From the human T2T-CHM13v2.0 reference genome, Homo sapiens: a stretch of 64,000 nt of DNA. Shown in pieces: positions 12,221-28,180 of this stretch. The notes below the pieces were generated by a model that ran no database searches, was not told the origin of the DNA, and was given only the letters and a program-made list of their open reading frames with translations. The stretch lies in the NCBI RefSeq assembly GCF_009914755.1, contig NC_060932.1, one strand, 5' to 3'. Position numbers and translations under genes: made by a program. Numbering within the stretch: position 1 is the first letter of the stretch; every line of letters begins with the position of its first letter.

Positions 12221-13514
12221 GAACCTCTCGTTCTTTCTAACATCTTATCAATCCATCAGTTTCACTCCCACTCCGTATCACCTGACTGTGCACAATATCT
12301 CATTGCCACCTCCCAGTCTTCTCCCTGCCTGGCACCCTCCTGCTCTCCTGCTTCCACTTTAAACACCCTTCCTTCAGCTAGGTCTTTTCTTTCAGGGATC
12401 CTCCCGTTGCTTTCTTATCTGGATCAATTTAGCCTTCCTCTTCTCCACCCATTAGTGGATAAGCACGACAAAGACACTAGAGTCAAATAATACAAACAGA
12501 ATATACCTTAGATTAGTATGGTGATGAAAAGGATATGGATACTTAGAGTTTAGCACTATTCTCTCAGCCACTCAGGAAAGCAACGCCTTTACAATCAATA
12601 GTGTTTCAGGTACCAATCAATAATCTGTTATTGCTATTTTTAAAATCTATAAGGTATCAGTAAAATGTAATTACTAGAGCAACAAAGATATCTTGTGAAA
12701 TCAAATTAGTATTCATCCAGCAACTGAGTACAAAGGTTTAAGGGAGGATAACTACCAATACCAAAACATTTTAAGCATTTTGTTTTGCCTCCTAAATATC
12801 AAATCATGTAAATGTGTGGTACATAAATTAGGAATTATATTTATGACATAGCTGCAGACATATTAAGAGAAATATGTGCTTATATTTACAAGTATAGTAC
12901 AGTTCTTTTTCATATTAGATACTGTTGATGATAATCTGCATATAAAAATGCTCAATATTTTTTCACATTTATAAGCCATAAAATACAGCTAATAAAATGT
13001 GTTTCTACTTTCTCATAAACATGGAATAGTGACAAACAAGGAGCTTTATATGAAAGCACCATTACAATTTAAACTCTCACAAGGTCATAATATATTGCAC
13101 TAAGCAGGAGAGTTCAGCTTATTTAAAAAAAAAAATAAACTCTAATGAGGTTCTGGAATGCAGAGCCAAAGCATAAAGATGGAAATAAAAGAATTGCATG
13201 TCTTCTGAACTGACTTGGTTGATGATTTTTTTAAAAAAGGTTTTGTGTCTTCTGACTTGGTTGATGATTTTTTAAAAAAACGTTTTGTGGTAGAACAAAT
13301 AAGGTAAATGAAATTCAGTATTTAGGATGAAAAGTTTTTCTAATTTCAGGAACAACATTGAAGAAATATTGAACTAAGCAGCTTTGAAAGAATCAGATTC
13401 CATTTGTTGAAATTTTTCTGAGAATGAATTTTTTTAAGACAGTGTACACAGTTGCAGTGTGTATTGGTTATGGATTGTGGCAAGCTATATTACAACTTAC
13501 CCAAGAAATAAGGA

Positions 13515-13911
<397 letters not shown>

Positions 13912-14669
13912 TTAAACTCATTGCAAAAAGAAGATGTCACTCCTACAAATAGCAAAGAGTCATGAAATTATTCTATCCAGAAAAGTATACATTTCATCCC
14001 TTTGGATAAATTTTAGAAGTGAACTATGAATACATACGGTGAGGATAGCCAGCTAAGAAGTCAAGAAGGATTTCTCAAATTTGCTGCTCAGAAAGATCAT
14101 ACTCTCCACAAAACAAATAATAGCAGGCTTTCCAAGTCAACCTTGAATCCAGCTTTCCTTTATCTTTCCTTCTTGTGAACTTTCACTAGTTTACTATCTA
14201 ACAATGAATTTGACGATAGCCACATACCATCTTATAGCAATATTTGTTATCATATCCCTTGTTATTTATCATTCACCTGCTCTGCTTGAGCCAGCTACAA
14301 GTCACATGTCCCACGCACTTTTTCCTGTTTGATTTTTTACAGCACTTTGAGACATGTCTCATTATTCCTACTTGACAGGAAAGAAGCCATGGAAAGTTGA
14401 GTGACTTGCTCCTGATCACAAATGCTGGCCAAGGAAGAGTCGAGTTTCAAATCTAATGATCTTTCCACTGCACTCTAGATTCCTCATTTTGAACTATTTT
14501 TTTATTTTTTGCACTATAGACTTTTTTCCACATTTTGAACTGTTTTTTATTTTTTGCACTATAGACTTTTCTCTTATACCCAACTATATTGATGACTTCT
14601 TTTAGGCTAGAAACTTGTTTCACTTACTTTCCCTTTCTTCAGATTGCTGCAATATTGGCCAACATGTAT

Positions 14670-14850
14670 TGGGTACTTACTGAGTCAAGTACTGTGATTG
14701 TGCCAAGTATCTTATAGGAGGATTATCATCCTCATTTTTACAGGTGAGAAAGGAAAGGAGGTAAAGTCACACACAGCCAACAAAAATGGTAGCACCAGGA
14801 TTTGAAACAAATCAGTCTGACCCAAGTTGACTTTGTTAACCACTGTATGC
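14670..14850 (-). mobile_element. MIR SINE
   Basis: attatcatcctcatttttacaggtgagaaa...gtcacacacagcc...ggatttgaa...cagtctgac. Confidence 0.65.
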
Positions 14851-14983
14851 ACAGTCTTCTTAGACATAGTAAGAGCTCTAATTGTGTTTGGTGATTTGAT
14901 TATTATGACAAAGTAAGTAAGGGAAGCAGGGAGAATTATAAGAAATAAGGCTCCACAACACTTGGCTATAGCAAAGCCCCTTA

Positions 14984-15329
<346 letters not shown>

Positions 15330-17084
15330 AATAAAGATCAATTTGGAGAAATTAATGCTTATTAATAAGCAATGTCTTGCACAGCACTTCAGTTTCTCAA
15401 TACATTACCTAACTCAATCCTTACAACAACACCCTATCCCCATTTTGTGGATAAATAAACTCATGTTCAGAAGGTTGAATAAATTATCTAAGGTTGAATA
15501 GTTCCTGACCTAGAGCTCAAATCTTCAGTTTCTATCATATTCTTGCCCTTACCCTGGGGTAGCTAACATTCACTCACTAGTATTGGAGCTAAAATAAGGG
15601 AGAGAACATATAAATGAATACAAAGGAGACATTCACCTGCCTTCTCTTTCTCCTTACATAGAGAAGGTTGATTATCTGCTATTGTGAAGTTTGCCTTTTG
15701 AAGGATAGAAATGAGAAGACTTTCTTAAATTTTGCCTCTACGCCAAGAAATTAGAGTGGTACCACCAGTAGTTCCATTTTCAAACTATCACTGTAGCTAA
15801 AGCTATGTGGTAAGGGCCAAGGAAAAGAAGTATTCTTGCACTTCAAAATGCACTGAAATACCAGTCAGTAGCATAATATAAAGGAATTTAGTGGAGAGAA
15901 GAGTTGACCTCAATCTGGCTCCAACATCTCGGCTCTTAACCCCTACCCTACACTTGTTCTTCATGGGGAAGCTAATTGGGCCACTGGAAGATTCAGCAGC
16001 TACCATTTGCAGCTGAGGGACAGCCCCTCCCTGCTTAGCAACCAATGGATATGCATTTATGGAACACCTGCTAACTGCGACACACACTCCTATGTATGAG
16101 GGAAAATACAAAAAATGTTAAAGGAGATGCCTTCCCTTGCCCTCAGGAAACTTAAGTATAGTTGCAAAGAAATGATTAGCAGCAAACGAAACCATGGAGA
16201 AGTAAGGGCTAAGGTCTGTGAAACAAGCCTAGAAAATAACCTTGTCCTTGAAAAACACAAAAAGAAAGAAAGAAAGAAAAGAAACTCCAAGGCCCTTGTG
16301 AAGGAAACCATTAAGTTTGCTTCACTTCTGTTTTTAGGAAGACACAAACCCAGTCTTAATGAACCTCAAGGCCACAACTACTGGAGACATTTAGGAATTG
16401 TCACCACATTCTAATGTATATATCCTCTGTTTGGCCCTTCCTATTAATATTTTGTAAAATTTTTGAAGATATGAGCAATGTTTAAAACCATGAATCCCCC
16501 TTTTTTTATAAGTAATATTTAGGCTGAATAAACAAGAGAAAATAGGACATAAAGGGGAGCCAACGTGTGCCTTCATTTATAATGTATTCCCAAGTTGTGA
16601 GTTTGGTTTATCAGCAATTTATCATGCCAAATTCCAAGTCATATTTATCTATGCAGATCAAACACTTGATTCTATTTTTGCCTTAATTTTTTTATTGGGT
16701 ATGTTTATGACCAAGTCATATGGTATTTTCCGTGACAGATAAAATGCACAGGTTATTCCAATCTGGCTCAGCCAGTCATAGCAACATGTAGTCCTTCTCA
16801 TGTCTTAAGAATGAGTATCAAGAATTCAAAGGGAGTTCCAGATGGCATCCAAAAAGCTTACAGTTTATGCATCACTTATTCTAACAGTAGAAAAAGAATA
16901 TTTGAAGCCAAAAATAGACCTTGCATGTAGCATGTGGAAGAGTAGAAATTGCCCTGATAGTTAAACAATTTGAAATTCAAGACATTAATTTCTTTATGAA
17001 GCATTTGTCACATCATAGGTAATATTTTATGCCTATCATATATATACTTATTATGAAATACAAAGAAATTATTCATTCTATCTA

Positions 17085-18060
<976 letters not shown>

Positions 18061-21000
18061 GTATTCAGGAGAAAATAATCACTTCTCAGAGGAGCTTTCA
18101 TTTCAAAATATCCGGGAAAAAAATAGAAAAAATGGAAAATTTATCCTAGAGTAAGTTGTCTTTTATATTTTGACCCTGTTTGTGACATAAACTGGATGAT
18201 ACAAAACTGGAATGCAAAGGCTTTAGGAGGATTACTTACTTACTTGTATATTGCTTTAGGTTGTTTGCAGAAAATTATACTAATTGAAGTTCAGGCTATG
18301 ATGTGATAAAATCTATGTCAGGAGATGAGTCTACATGCAAAGTTTGAGGAAGTGACATTTGAGTTTCAAAACAAAAAAGCAATTTTCAATGTCATATCTA
18401 GGTTAACCCAAAAGATTTCTTTCACCCTATTTAGCTGCCTCTAAGATGGATGCTGAGGATAATTACACTGTAGAACAATAGGACGATGCTTCACACTCAC
18501 CTCACAGGCTCTGTTATTCCCACATACTGCCAGAGATACTCCAAAATAAAATCACTGCAACATCAGGCAGTTATAAACCTCAACGGTATTATTTTCTATT
18601 TATATACAGTATATTTTATATTTTACAAGTATAAAATAGAATATATTTATTCTATTCTCTTTGACACAAAGTGACCATAAGACATATTACTTAAGTATGA
18701 CTAGCAAAGTCATGGGGCTTGTCATTCAGGAGGAAACTCTTAACTAACTGTTCAGTTTTTGTTCACTGCACCATTTACATAAGCCAAACTAATGCTTCAC
18801 ACTGTGCAAAACAATGCACAGTGTTGTGAATGAATGGCTAAAATAAAACTCTAATGAGTGGGGTTTGAAAAATGCAACTTTAGAAAACTGTTGAGAAAAT
18901 GTTGCACACTGCGCATTTTACAAAATTTCGTTGAAGGACACTGGATATTCTTTTTAGGATTATGGAGGGAAGCAAAATTTTGGCTCCTACATGCAGTTTT
19001 TGTGGCCTTTGCCTGAAATAGTCATCTCCCATTAATTATTTAGATATCATTCATTTCCTAAGACAACATTTAGGGAGACTGCCTTAAGTACAATTTGTAC
19101 ACTACCCAGATAAGAATTCTTTTTGGTGAAACATCGATAAATATTACTTGGCAGTAACACCAAGTTAAAATATTTGTTTCACAGTCGACGTTAATAACTA
19201 TTATAGATAAAGTGAATTTTATAAGACATACTCAGATCTAAAACAGCAATATGGAGCTCTTCAAATCCATTGAAACTTCATACCAGCCTACGGAAGTAGA
19301 GGTTTTTATGCAAACTCTTCAAGAAATATGCTCTGAACTTTTAATTCCTTAGATTGATAGAGGAATTAAATCATGATATAACTAATAGGTTTGTGGTACA
19401 AATTGCTGCTGCTTAATCTGACTCTGTGTCTTCCCAGTGTTCTATATGAATTAGATATTCCATTATCTAAAGACAATCAACCCCATCCCACGGTGATAGC
19501 TCTAGGACTCCCTTTGAGTTCATTAAATCTGTATTCTCAGTCTCCAAACTTCTGGTTAATTCAAACAGAAAAGTCAACTGGCCCATGAACTAAAATAAAG
19601 TCATCTGAATTTTTTTTTTATTTTGCAGTGTGATAAAAGTCTCGCACTTTTTATTTCTGAAAGTTTCTGCTTTCACTGAGAGCATAATAGGCTATCCACC
19701 CTTATGCAATCTTACATACAAAGTCATAGTCAGGCTAAATTCAAAAACACATGTGAGATAGAAGTCAACGTTTATTTTCTGGAGAAAAGCCACACATTAC
19801 AACAAAGTGAACAATGAAGCTGGCATCCTTATCACTGGTGACCAAAACATTTGTGACTCTGGACATTGGCCCCACAAATGCGATAAACATTCTGCATAGG
19901 AAGTGAGTTTTGCTAATTAAAAATGGATCCAAAATACTTTCTACTCTTCAGCCAAGAATTAAAAAGTAATAGGGAGGAATTGAAATCACTTGGGTGCTAC
20001 ATTGAGCCATTCTGGAGAAGCAATTCAGAGAATGTCATGGCAGCCTCAAATTGCTGCTCAGGAGCATCCCAGCTTAGAAGATTGCAGGAAAGGAAGAGCA
20101 AAGTCATTCTTACATGAGAACTGTCCTTAACCAGATGAATAGACTCTCCATTTTTTACCCTGGCTTTGTCTCATTTAAGTCCCAACCAATCTAGCTATCA
20201 TTTTAGGTTTTACTACCTGCTAGTATTTATGAGCTTAGGGGGATAAAAAAATCCCTCAATACTCAGAATTAGACTTGGTGATAAAAATCTTGACACATAA
20301 ACAGAATAAAGCGCTTTCATTACTCCTCTAAACCACAGTGTCATTTGGTCTCTATCAAGGACTGTAAGAATTTCTTTCATCAGGGGAAAGAAAAAAAGGA
20401 CAAGAGCCTGCAAGATGTAGCGGAACTCTCATTAAACACAGCAGGAGCTTTAACTGGAATCCAGAGTAAGGTGAGGTACCAGGTTACAACAATTTACTGC
20501 TTTTATTACAATTTTGATCACAAGGACTGATTCATGTCATCTAGTTTCTTTTCCTTGTCACTATCACTGGTGCTAAGAATACATCAAATTGAAATTTAAG
20601 AGCCTCATATGTTTCTGTATAACCCAGTGATGGGTTGTACTGCTTTGACCTTCTTAAATGTCCCTTTATTTCATTTGATATCCATTCCCATAGAAAAACT
20701 ATAATGCTTTGGTTGGTCAAAATATTAATCTTTCAAAACCTCCCTGGCTTAGAAAACCAAATTTTTGTAGAGAGAGATGGGTAGAATCTAATTTTATTCT
20801 AAAGCAATTAGCATTACATCATCACAGCAGAAATATCTAGAATATTACCTCATGTCAGTGATCTTCTGATATGTTAAAAAGGGTATTTTAAAATCTGAGT
20901 TATTTCTTTTTCTTTTTAAAGTTACATCATTAATTACATACTCATCAACCAAAATATTTTATGCTCCAAATTTGAACCGATATAGTATGTAAGAAGTGTT

Positions 21001-22784
21001 CAAAATGAAATTATTTTGGTCTATTTTGTCTTTGAAGAAGATCACAGGGATGGACCTCCCAAAAGGATTTTTAAATGGGATTACATATCTGACTTTTAAA
21101 AAAAATTATCTGACCTTGAGTTATAGTGCCCCAAAGTAAGCAAAGTTCCAAACACACAGTATCATCAGAATTGAGTTAAAATTATCATCAGGGGCTTAAT
21201 TTCTGAAATTAAAAAGGAAATGTTATTTCCTTATGAAAAGAAAAGGAACCAAAAATGAACTTCAAGGTAGCTGATTTCTGTCTATGTTAAGACTTAGGTA
21301 ATGGGAGAAAGGGAAAAGGAAGGACAGAATTAGGAGAGGAGCAGTGTTTAACAATTGCGGGTGCAAGACTCAAGTTTTTTAGAATCCATTAGCAGAGAAC
21401 CCTATTTCTCCCATTAACTGCTGTCCTTTTAAATCCTGGCACCAGCTCTGAGGACTGCAGGGTCCATAGCTAGTGCCCCACTCTACCCAGTTTAAAGACA
21501 CCACTGCCTGGAAATGACAGGGGTTTTTTTCTTAAGGAAAGAGGTGCTTTCTGCCACGTATATATAAATTGGTAAGCTTCAAATAAAGTGCTTTTGTCCT
21601 TTCTGTCTATCAGAAACTGTGCAAATCGAATTGCTGTAAAACCAAGGGCAAGAGACATCAATCCTGCATTCTATAGCATCTGATTTTATCCTTTATCCCC
21701 AGGCACATTTCAAAAGGAAAAAAATGAGGTTGCATTTAAATTGAGTATTTGGGACTTGCCAGGAAAACCTCCCGCTAGACTAATATGATTGCAGGGAAAA
21801 CAAGAGAAAGGAAAAGTGGAGAGGGAGTGTGCTAACAGATCCTGGGCCTCGTCAGCAGAGCCGTCCTGAGCACAAGGCCATGGTCAGACATCTGGTCCCG
21901 CGAATGACGTTTTCTTTATGGTCATTAAGAACACCAGTGTGTCGGGACACAAACAAGTATTCCTTTCAGGGATTATGACACATTTTCTCCCAAAGTAGTA
22001 TATTAATGACATTTCCAGAGCATTCTTTACTATCTTTTATATGTGATCAGGAAGACTAATACATATCACTACTTCTTTTACACACAGCATTAGCCAAAAC
22101 TAAAGTGTCAAATACAATTTTGCCTAGGATGAATAAACAGAAGAAATTTTTATGATACTGCACTATCAATTCCAAATTAAATAACAACAAAATGATAAGT
22201 GTTAAAATTCATATTAATGATTGTTCCCACACAAGCCGGAAAAAATCTTTCTAAGAAGTCTTTCATGAGTTAATCCCATCTTTCAAAGTGTTCAGTGGCT
22301 CCGAATTCAGTTACTGTTTCCTATCAGTTCTTCTTTCATTAAGTCTCTTCCCTTTTTTTTCTCTTTGCACTATTTCCCTTAGCCGGGTACATAATCTGCT
22401 GTGCTTTATTCATTTGTGTCTTAAGTTTGTTTCCCGATGACATACCTTTCCAGCAACGCCATCTGGGGAGTTTGGGCAACTGTACCACGTTAGGAGGAAA
22501 CCCTTCTTCACAGGAGAGTGTGCCTTTGCTGCAGGGAAGGAATTAGGATTTGCTTGGACTGTGGTTGCAGCTGGCTTTTAAGGATCTCCTTAGAATGCAA
22601 GCAACTCATCAATGAGAATCTCTGCAATGGTTGTCACTGGGTAGAGTCATGCTATGTGGGGTCATAGCCTTTGATACAAATAACAGTAAAGATAAAAATG
22701 CTATTAAAGGAATCACCACCCACAGAGGTTAACTGGGTTTTGTCCCCAGACCACCTCGAACAAGAAAGAACATTTTTATCAGTC

Positions 22785-23147
22785 ATTTTCTTAGTTTTAG
22801 CTGATAAAACAAAGTACCATAGACTAGGTGGCTTATAAACAACAGAAATTTATTTTTCACAGCTTTGGAAACTGGAAGTCTGAGATCAGGCCGCCAGAAT
22901 GATCAGATTCTAGTTAGGGCCTACTTTGCTTTTGCAGACTGCCAACTTCTAGCTGCATTTTCATGTGGCAAAAGGAGATTGAGCTAGCTCTCTGGTCTCT
23001 TCTTATAAGGACACTAATCCCATTCATGAAGGCTTCACCTTCATCATCTAATTACTCTCCAAAGACCCCACCTCCAAATACTATCACATTGGGAATTAGA
23101 TTTCAAATACAAATTTTGCGGGGACACAAATATTCAGTCCATAATAG
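22785..23147 (-). mobile_element. MLT1A-like MaLR solo LTR
   Basis: aaagtaccatagactaggtggcttataaacaacagaaatttatt...cttataaggacactaatcccattcatga...attcagtccata. Confidence 0.8.
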
Positions 23148-24711
23148 TAATGATTACTCATTATACATAGGGCTCTAAATGTGCTAGCTTCTGATAGTTT
23201 TTACACTCACTTCTCTTTATTAGCTTGTCAAGCATAATTAGGGCAGTGGCCTTACTGAAAATTACTGAATTTAGTTTCCTAAGGACAGATATTGAGGAGT
23301 TTTTTCTTCACTAAAAATTCACGTTCTGATACAGCTTTCATCTGTTACTACTTTGTGAGATGGAAAATCTTTTATTTTATTTTTATGTTTGGATTGACCC
23401 TTCTTAATAAAGTCGGCATGTAATATGCTTCATGTGCTTCTAATATGTGCTTAATTTTGCAAAATGTTTTGCATACCAGAATGCATTTCTCTTCCAAAAA
23501 AGGTACCAGCCTACAAAACCTTGCTGTTACTGTTTTCAATTAGTTCATGGAATTAAATGTATTAAATGTTTTATGCTCTGGCAGAAATTATGATTCTCAC
23601 TTAACTCCATATAAATCTGGATCTGCCTGGGCCTTTATAAGTGACACAATTTCATTAACTGAATAAACAAATGATACAAAGAAATTTGGTTTAGCCTTCT
23701 AAAATTCCAAAGGCGTTCAACAAAATATCTCAGAATGGATGTTCCAGGACTTTTATGGCACAGGACAACATGTATTGCTTATTTTAAGAAAATAAGCTAA
23801 ATAGTGAGGGGATTCTTTTAGCAGATCCTCAGGATGTGTTAGGTTGAATCATAGGCAAATGATATTTGATCATTGCACCTGTTAACACATTGAACCTCAT
23901 CCTAAAATTGTAGAGCTAGAAGAAAGCCTTCTGGCAGTTTTTAAATAGATTGATTTACTGCAATTTATCCAGAAGCTTCACCGTTGTCACTGGCTACATG
24001 TGACTTTGGCCTCTGTGGGGCTATATCCTCATTTGTAAAATTGGTGGTGAGGTAGGTGGACAGTTGACTAAATAATCTCTTAGAATAATTCTAGTATCTG
24101 TGGATCTAAAGCATCCAGGGGTTGAATATGTTTCTTTCTGGCCAAGAAAAGATGCACCTGTCAATAATGCCCAAACTCATCTTCTGAGAATCCTCTTTCC
24201 CAAGATACCCACTCTCCCTTGGGTTATATTATAGTAATGATCAGAAGCCCCTGCCAAGAAGAAACTGTTAACCTGGGAGGTCTATATTTTATTTCACAGC
24301 CATCTGTTTATACTTTCTCACAAGTTAGTGCACAGTATACCCATCATTTTCTACCATTTTCCTTAATTTATTAATTTTACTAATTGCATAATTAACAAAA
24401 GTAAGAAGATTTTACCTCCTTATCCCCATCTGGTAGTTTGCAGATACTTGGCCTGATGACAACTGACAGTGATGAGATACTCACCAAGTTTACCAGGGCA
24501 GGAGGCTTCCTAGAGAAAAAATGAGAAAATGAAATGGGGAAGGGGAGTGAAGGATTGAGGAGGTGACAATCTGGACTCTTGCAACTGCATGGCAAGGTTG
24601 GCACACAAGCTGGGTTGCAACGGAGGGAAGGAGATCCTTATCAGATGTAATCAGAGCTCAGATCGAGGGCTTTGGTGTGTGTAGAAAGAGGGAGAGACAA
24701 AGAACTTAAAA

Positions 24712-25275
24712 CAGAGCTGCCATTTGACCTTGCAATCCCATTACTTGGTGTATACCCAAAGGAGAATAAATCATTCTATTAAAAAGACACATGTGCTTGT
24801 ATGTTCATGGCAGCACTATTCACAATAGCTAAGACATGGAATCAAACTAGGTGTCCATCTATGGCAGATTGGATAAAGAAAATGTGGTAAATATAAAGCA
24901 TGCAATACAACATGGCCATAAGAAAAAATGAAATCATGTCCTTTGCTGCAACATGGATGCAGTTGGGACCCATAATCCTAAGTGAATTAACACAGGAACA
25001 GAAAACCAAATACAGCATGTTCTCACTTATAAGTGGGAGCTAAACACTGAGCACACATGGACATAAATATGAGAACAATAAACACTGTGGACTACTAGAG
25101 GGGGCAAGGAGAGAGGTTTGTAAAACTACCTATCAGGTGCTATGCTCAATACCTGGGTGATGGGATTTACACCCCAAACATCAGCATCATTTAATATTCC
25201 CATGTAAAAAGACTGCACATATACCCCTTGTATCTAAAATAAAACTTGAAATTAAAAAAAAAAGAAAGAAAGAAA
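24712..25275 (+). mobile_element. L1 3' end (old L1PA/L1PB) with A tail
   Basis: ccatttgaccttgcaatcccattact...gcagcactattcacaatagc...ttctcacttataagtgggagctaa...ctaaaataaaa + poly-A. Confidence 0.88.
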
Positions 25276-25277
25276 GA

Positions 25278-25585
25278 GGCTGGAAATAGAGGCTCACACC
25301 TGTAATCCCAGCACTTTGGGTGGCCAAGGTGGGTGGATTGCTTGAGCCCGGGAATTCAAGACCAGCCTGAGAAACCTGGTGAAACTCTGTCTGTACAAAA
25401 AATACAAAAATTATCCAGGCATGGTGGAGCGCACCTGTAGTCCCAGCTAATGGGGAGGCTGAGGGGGGAACATCACTTGAGCCCAGGAGGTGGAGGTTGC
25501 AGTGAGCTGGGATCACACCACTGCACTACAGCCTGGGTAACAGAGCAACTCTGTCTCAAAGAGAGAGAGGAAAGAAAAAAGAAAA
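25278..25585 (+). mobile_element. AluJ inserted at the L1 tail
   Basis: Diverged dimer with J-type ggattgcttgagccc. Confidence 0.9.
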
Positions 25586-26144
25586 GATGGACAGATAAGA
25601 AAATGCACTTGGAGATTAAGAGAAAGCAGCAACATAGGACCCTGGATAATGTGTTTGCTTAATAACTATCCTGATGAGTTATCTGACTATTCCCAAATGA
25701 GTACGTGGCAATTCAGGCTGAACCATCAGAGTAGCCCTCCGGAATCTTACTTATGTACAATAGACCTGCATGCACATTTACTAGAATGAGCCTCTCTCTC
25801 TGGTAATCATGTCTGCTTCCACTAATTCCATCTGTTTCCTCTCTCTCCCTCCTATCCTGCTAGATCTTAATTCCTTCGACCTTCCTTTGTTTTTCTAACT
25901 CCCTTTCTTTCTCTTGTTATTTAACCTGCTATACTATGCAATTGATCTCCTCTGCACTAAGGAACATGCACTTCAGAATTCTGTTGACATCTTGCATTCC
26001 TTTATATTTAGTGAAAGAATGCAAAGGAGTCTACCTGGCAATATTCACTCTGCAGGAGGCAATAATTATTATTCAAATTAAAGGAAGCAGTAAAGAGAAA
26101 TTCAGAAAAAATGAAATATACTAATCTTCAGCTTTTCATTTCAG

Positions 26145-26240
26145 CCTACAAGGAAAAAATGAAGGAGCTGTCCATGCTGTCACTGATCTGCTCTTGCTTT
26201 TACCCGGAACCTCGCAACATCAACATCTATACTTACGATG
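26145..26240 (+). CDS. STMN2: STMN2 exon 2 (membrane/Golgi-targeting domain with palmitoylated Cys22/Cys24)
   Basis: ttttcatttcAG|CCTACAAGG...TACGATG|gtgagt. Encodes AYKEKMKELSMLSLICSCFYPEPRNINIYTYD. 96 nt, phase 1-1. Branch-like ctaat upstream. Confidence 0.97.
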
Positions 26241-27944
26241 GTGAGTAACCTAGGATAGACATACCCCTGCTAGCTAGATCATTTGGAAAGGTTGACATAT
26301 ATTTGTTTCTTACAGCTCCTGATATAATTACATCAATATTTTGTAGCTCTCACTATTGACTTGCCGTGTCTAGCTATTATGTCCAATTGATTACCTATTG
26401 CTGAAAACAGTTTGAATTTGGTGCTAATAACAACACATCAATGTCTGTTAAGAAATGTGGATGGATTCTTATTAACAGCCACATCCAGCATATCAACATC
26501 CACAATATGTCTAAGGTCTTTCTTTGCAAATAATTTAATAGGCTAAGCCATAATTGGAGTAGATCATAATTTGTAAGAAAATGCTTTATACTTAGAAAAC
26601 TCAAGAGAAAGAATCAACAACCATAATTGTTTTTGCTTTATTGTAGTCTTTATAAAGTTTCTATACTTTGTATATACATGTCAACCAGCTAATGATAATA
26701 ATAATTGGCTCAATAAATAAAACTGACTTACGACTGAGGCCCTAGATAAAGAGGGTCTGAAAAGAAAAGCCTAAAGAATTAGCATGGCAATTAACATGAT
26801 TGAGGTGCAACTCTTTAGGTTTGATTTATCCTGATTCATTTTGCTTACTTTGGCTCTGCCACAATCCACATGATCTTGGTCAAATAGATACTTGGATTCT
26901 CTAAGTCTCATTTAACTCTAGCATCTTCCTCTTGGAGTTGTTGTGAGGTTTAAACGGTTTAATGTAAGTCAAATATGCAAAACCAAGCCTAGCTCATTAT
27001 ATCACTCTACAATGATAGCTATCATTATCAACATCATCCTTACCTAATTCAGTCAATTTAACTAAAATATTTTATACAGTTCTATGTATCCTAGATATCC
27101 CTAAGGCATATTTTACTAACTCTCAGGCTCACAAATATTTTTCTTTTCCATATATGTAAAGAAAGACATTAATGACAAAACAAACTGACCTTGTGGCAGT
27201 TAACCCCTTCTGCACCTTTAAAGCCTATTCAAGGACTCAAAGGCATTTACCTTCCAAAGTTATTCTATCGTAGCACAAAAATCATAAATGCTAATTAACT
27301 GTTCCATAAGGAAATGTCCTCCATGTGAAAGGAATTCTGTCTCCAAACAAAACATTCATTAGAATGCAGGGCCAATGCCTACTTTGTACAAATTCATTCG
27401 GTCAGCAAATAAATTAGACAGACCTTTATTATTTGCTAGATGTAGCTGTGAAGAAGGATCCAGCTATGTTTCTTATGAGACTAATGTCGAACTATGGGTT
27501 GTCACTGAGGATCCAGAGTTCCATAGGGCGTAGTCCTCACCTTCAAAGAATTCAGGGCTTAGTAGAAGAGTCTTACACAAATGACTAGAATGTAGAACAC
27601 AGAGTGGTTAGGACAAAGGAGCCAGGGATGGTTTTTGCTGGGTTAGGGAATGAAAAAAGGGGAAGAAAATATGTGAAGTTATGTGTGAGCTGATTCTTGA
27701 AATAAGCTGTTTTTATTTGCCTGCGTTCTCTTATAATCCTTTTCCATAGGCTTCCATAATTTTTATTGAGCTGTATTTAAAGTTGAATAGATAATTCAAC
27801 ATTTCTCGTAAACTGTGCTTCCTAAAAGAGTCCGTAGAGAATTTCAAATTTCTGCAGTCTTTAACTTGACCTGGTATTTCTATGTTAGATAATAACGTGA
27901 CTTGTTTATTGCAGGCAAACATTATAACAAGAAATTATTATTAT

Positions 27945-28180
27945 TGTTTACATTTGTAAGCACTAAGTATATGGCTTGTGCTTTGCATTCAGCATCCTTT
28001 ATCATTTAATCTTCACAACCACCTTAGAAGGAAGGTACTCTTTTTATTTCCATCTTTTAAATGAGGAAATAAAAGCATAAAGAAGTTAATTAACTTACCT
28101 AGTGTCACACAGCTATTAAGAGGGGCTTACTATTTGGATGCAAATATAGGCAGTTCTAATTCCAGAGCCTCTAACCTAAG
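27945..28180 (-). mobile_element. MIR SINE
   Basis: tcatttaatcttcacaaccacctt...aaatgaggaaa...taacttacctagtgtcacacagct. Confidence 0.7.

Noticed and set aside
11978-12490. 170-aa ORF
   Set aside because: Non-ATG start, runs through a CA microsatellite and CT-rich sequence, no homology recognised.
14730-14750. tttttacAG|GTGAGA recursive-like motif
   Set aside because: It is the MIR core sequence, present in many copies genome-wide.
16115-16414. 99-aa Lys-rich ORF
   Set aside because: Derived from an A-rich (GAAA)n tract, with no splice or domain support.
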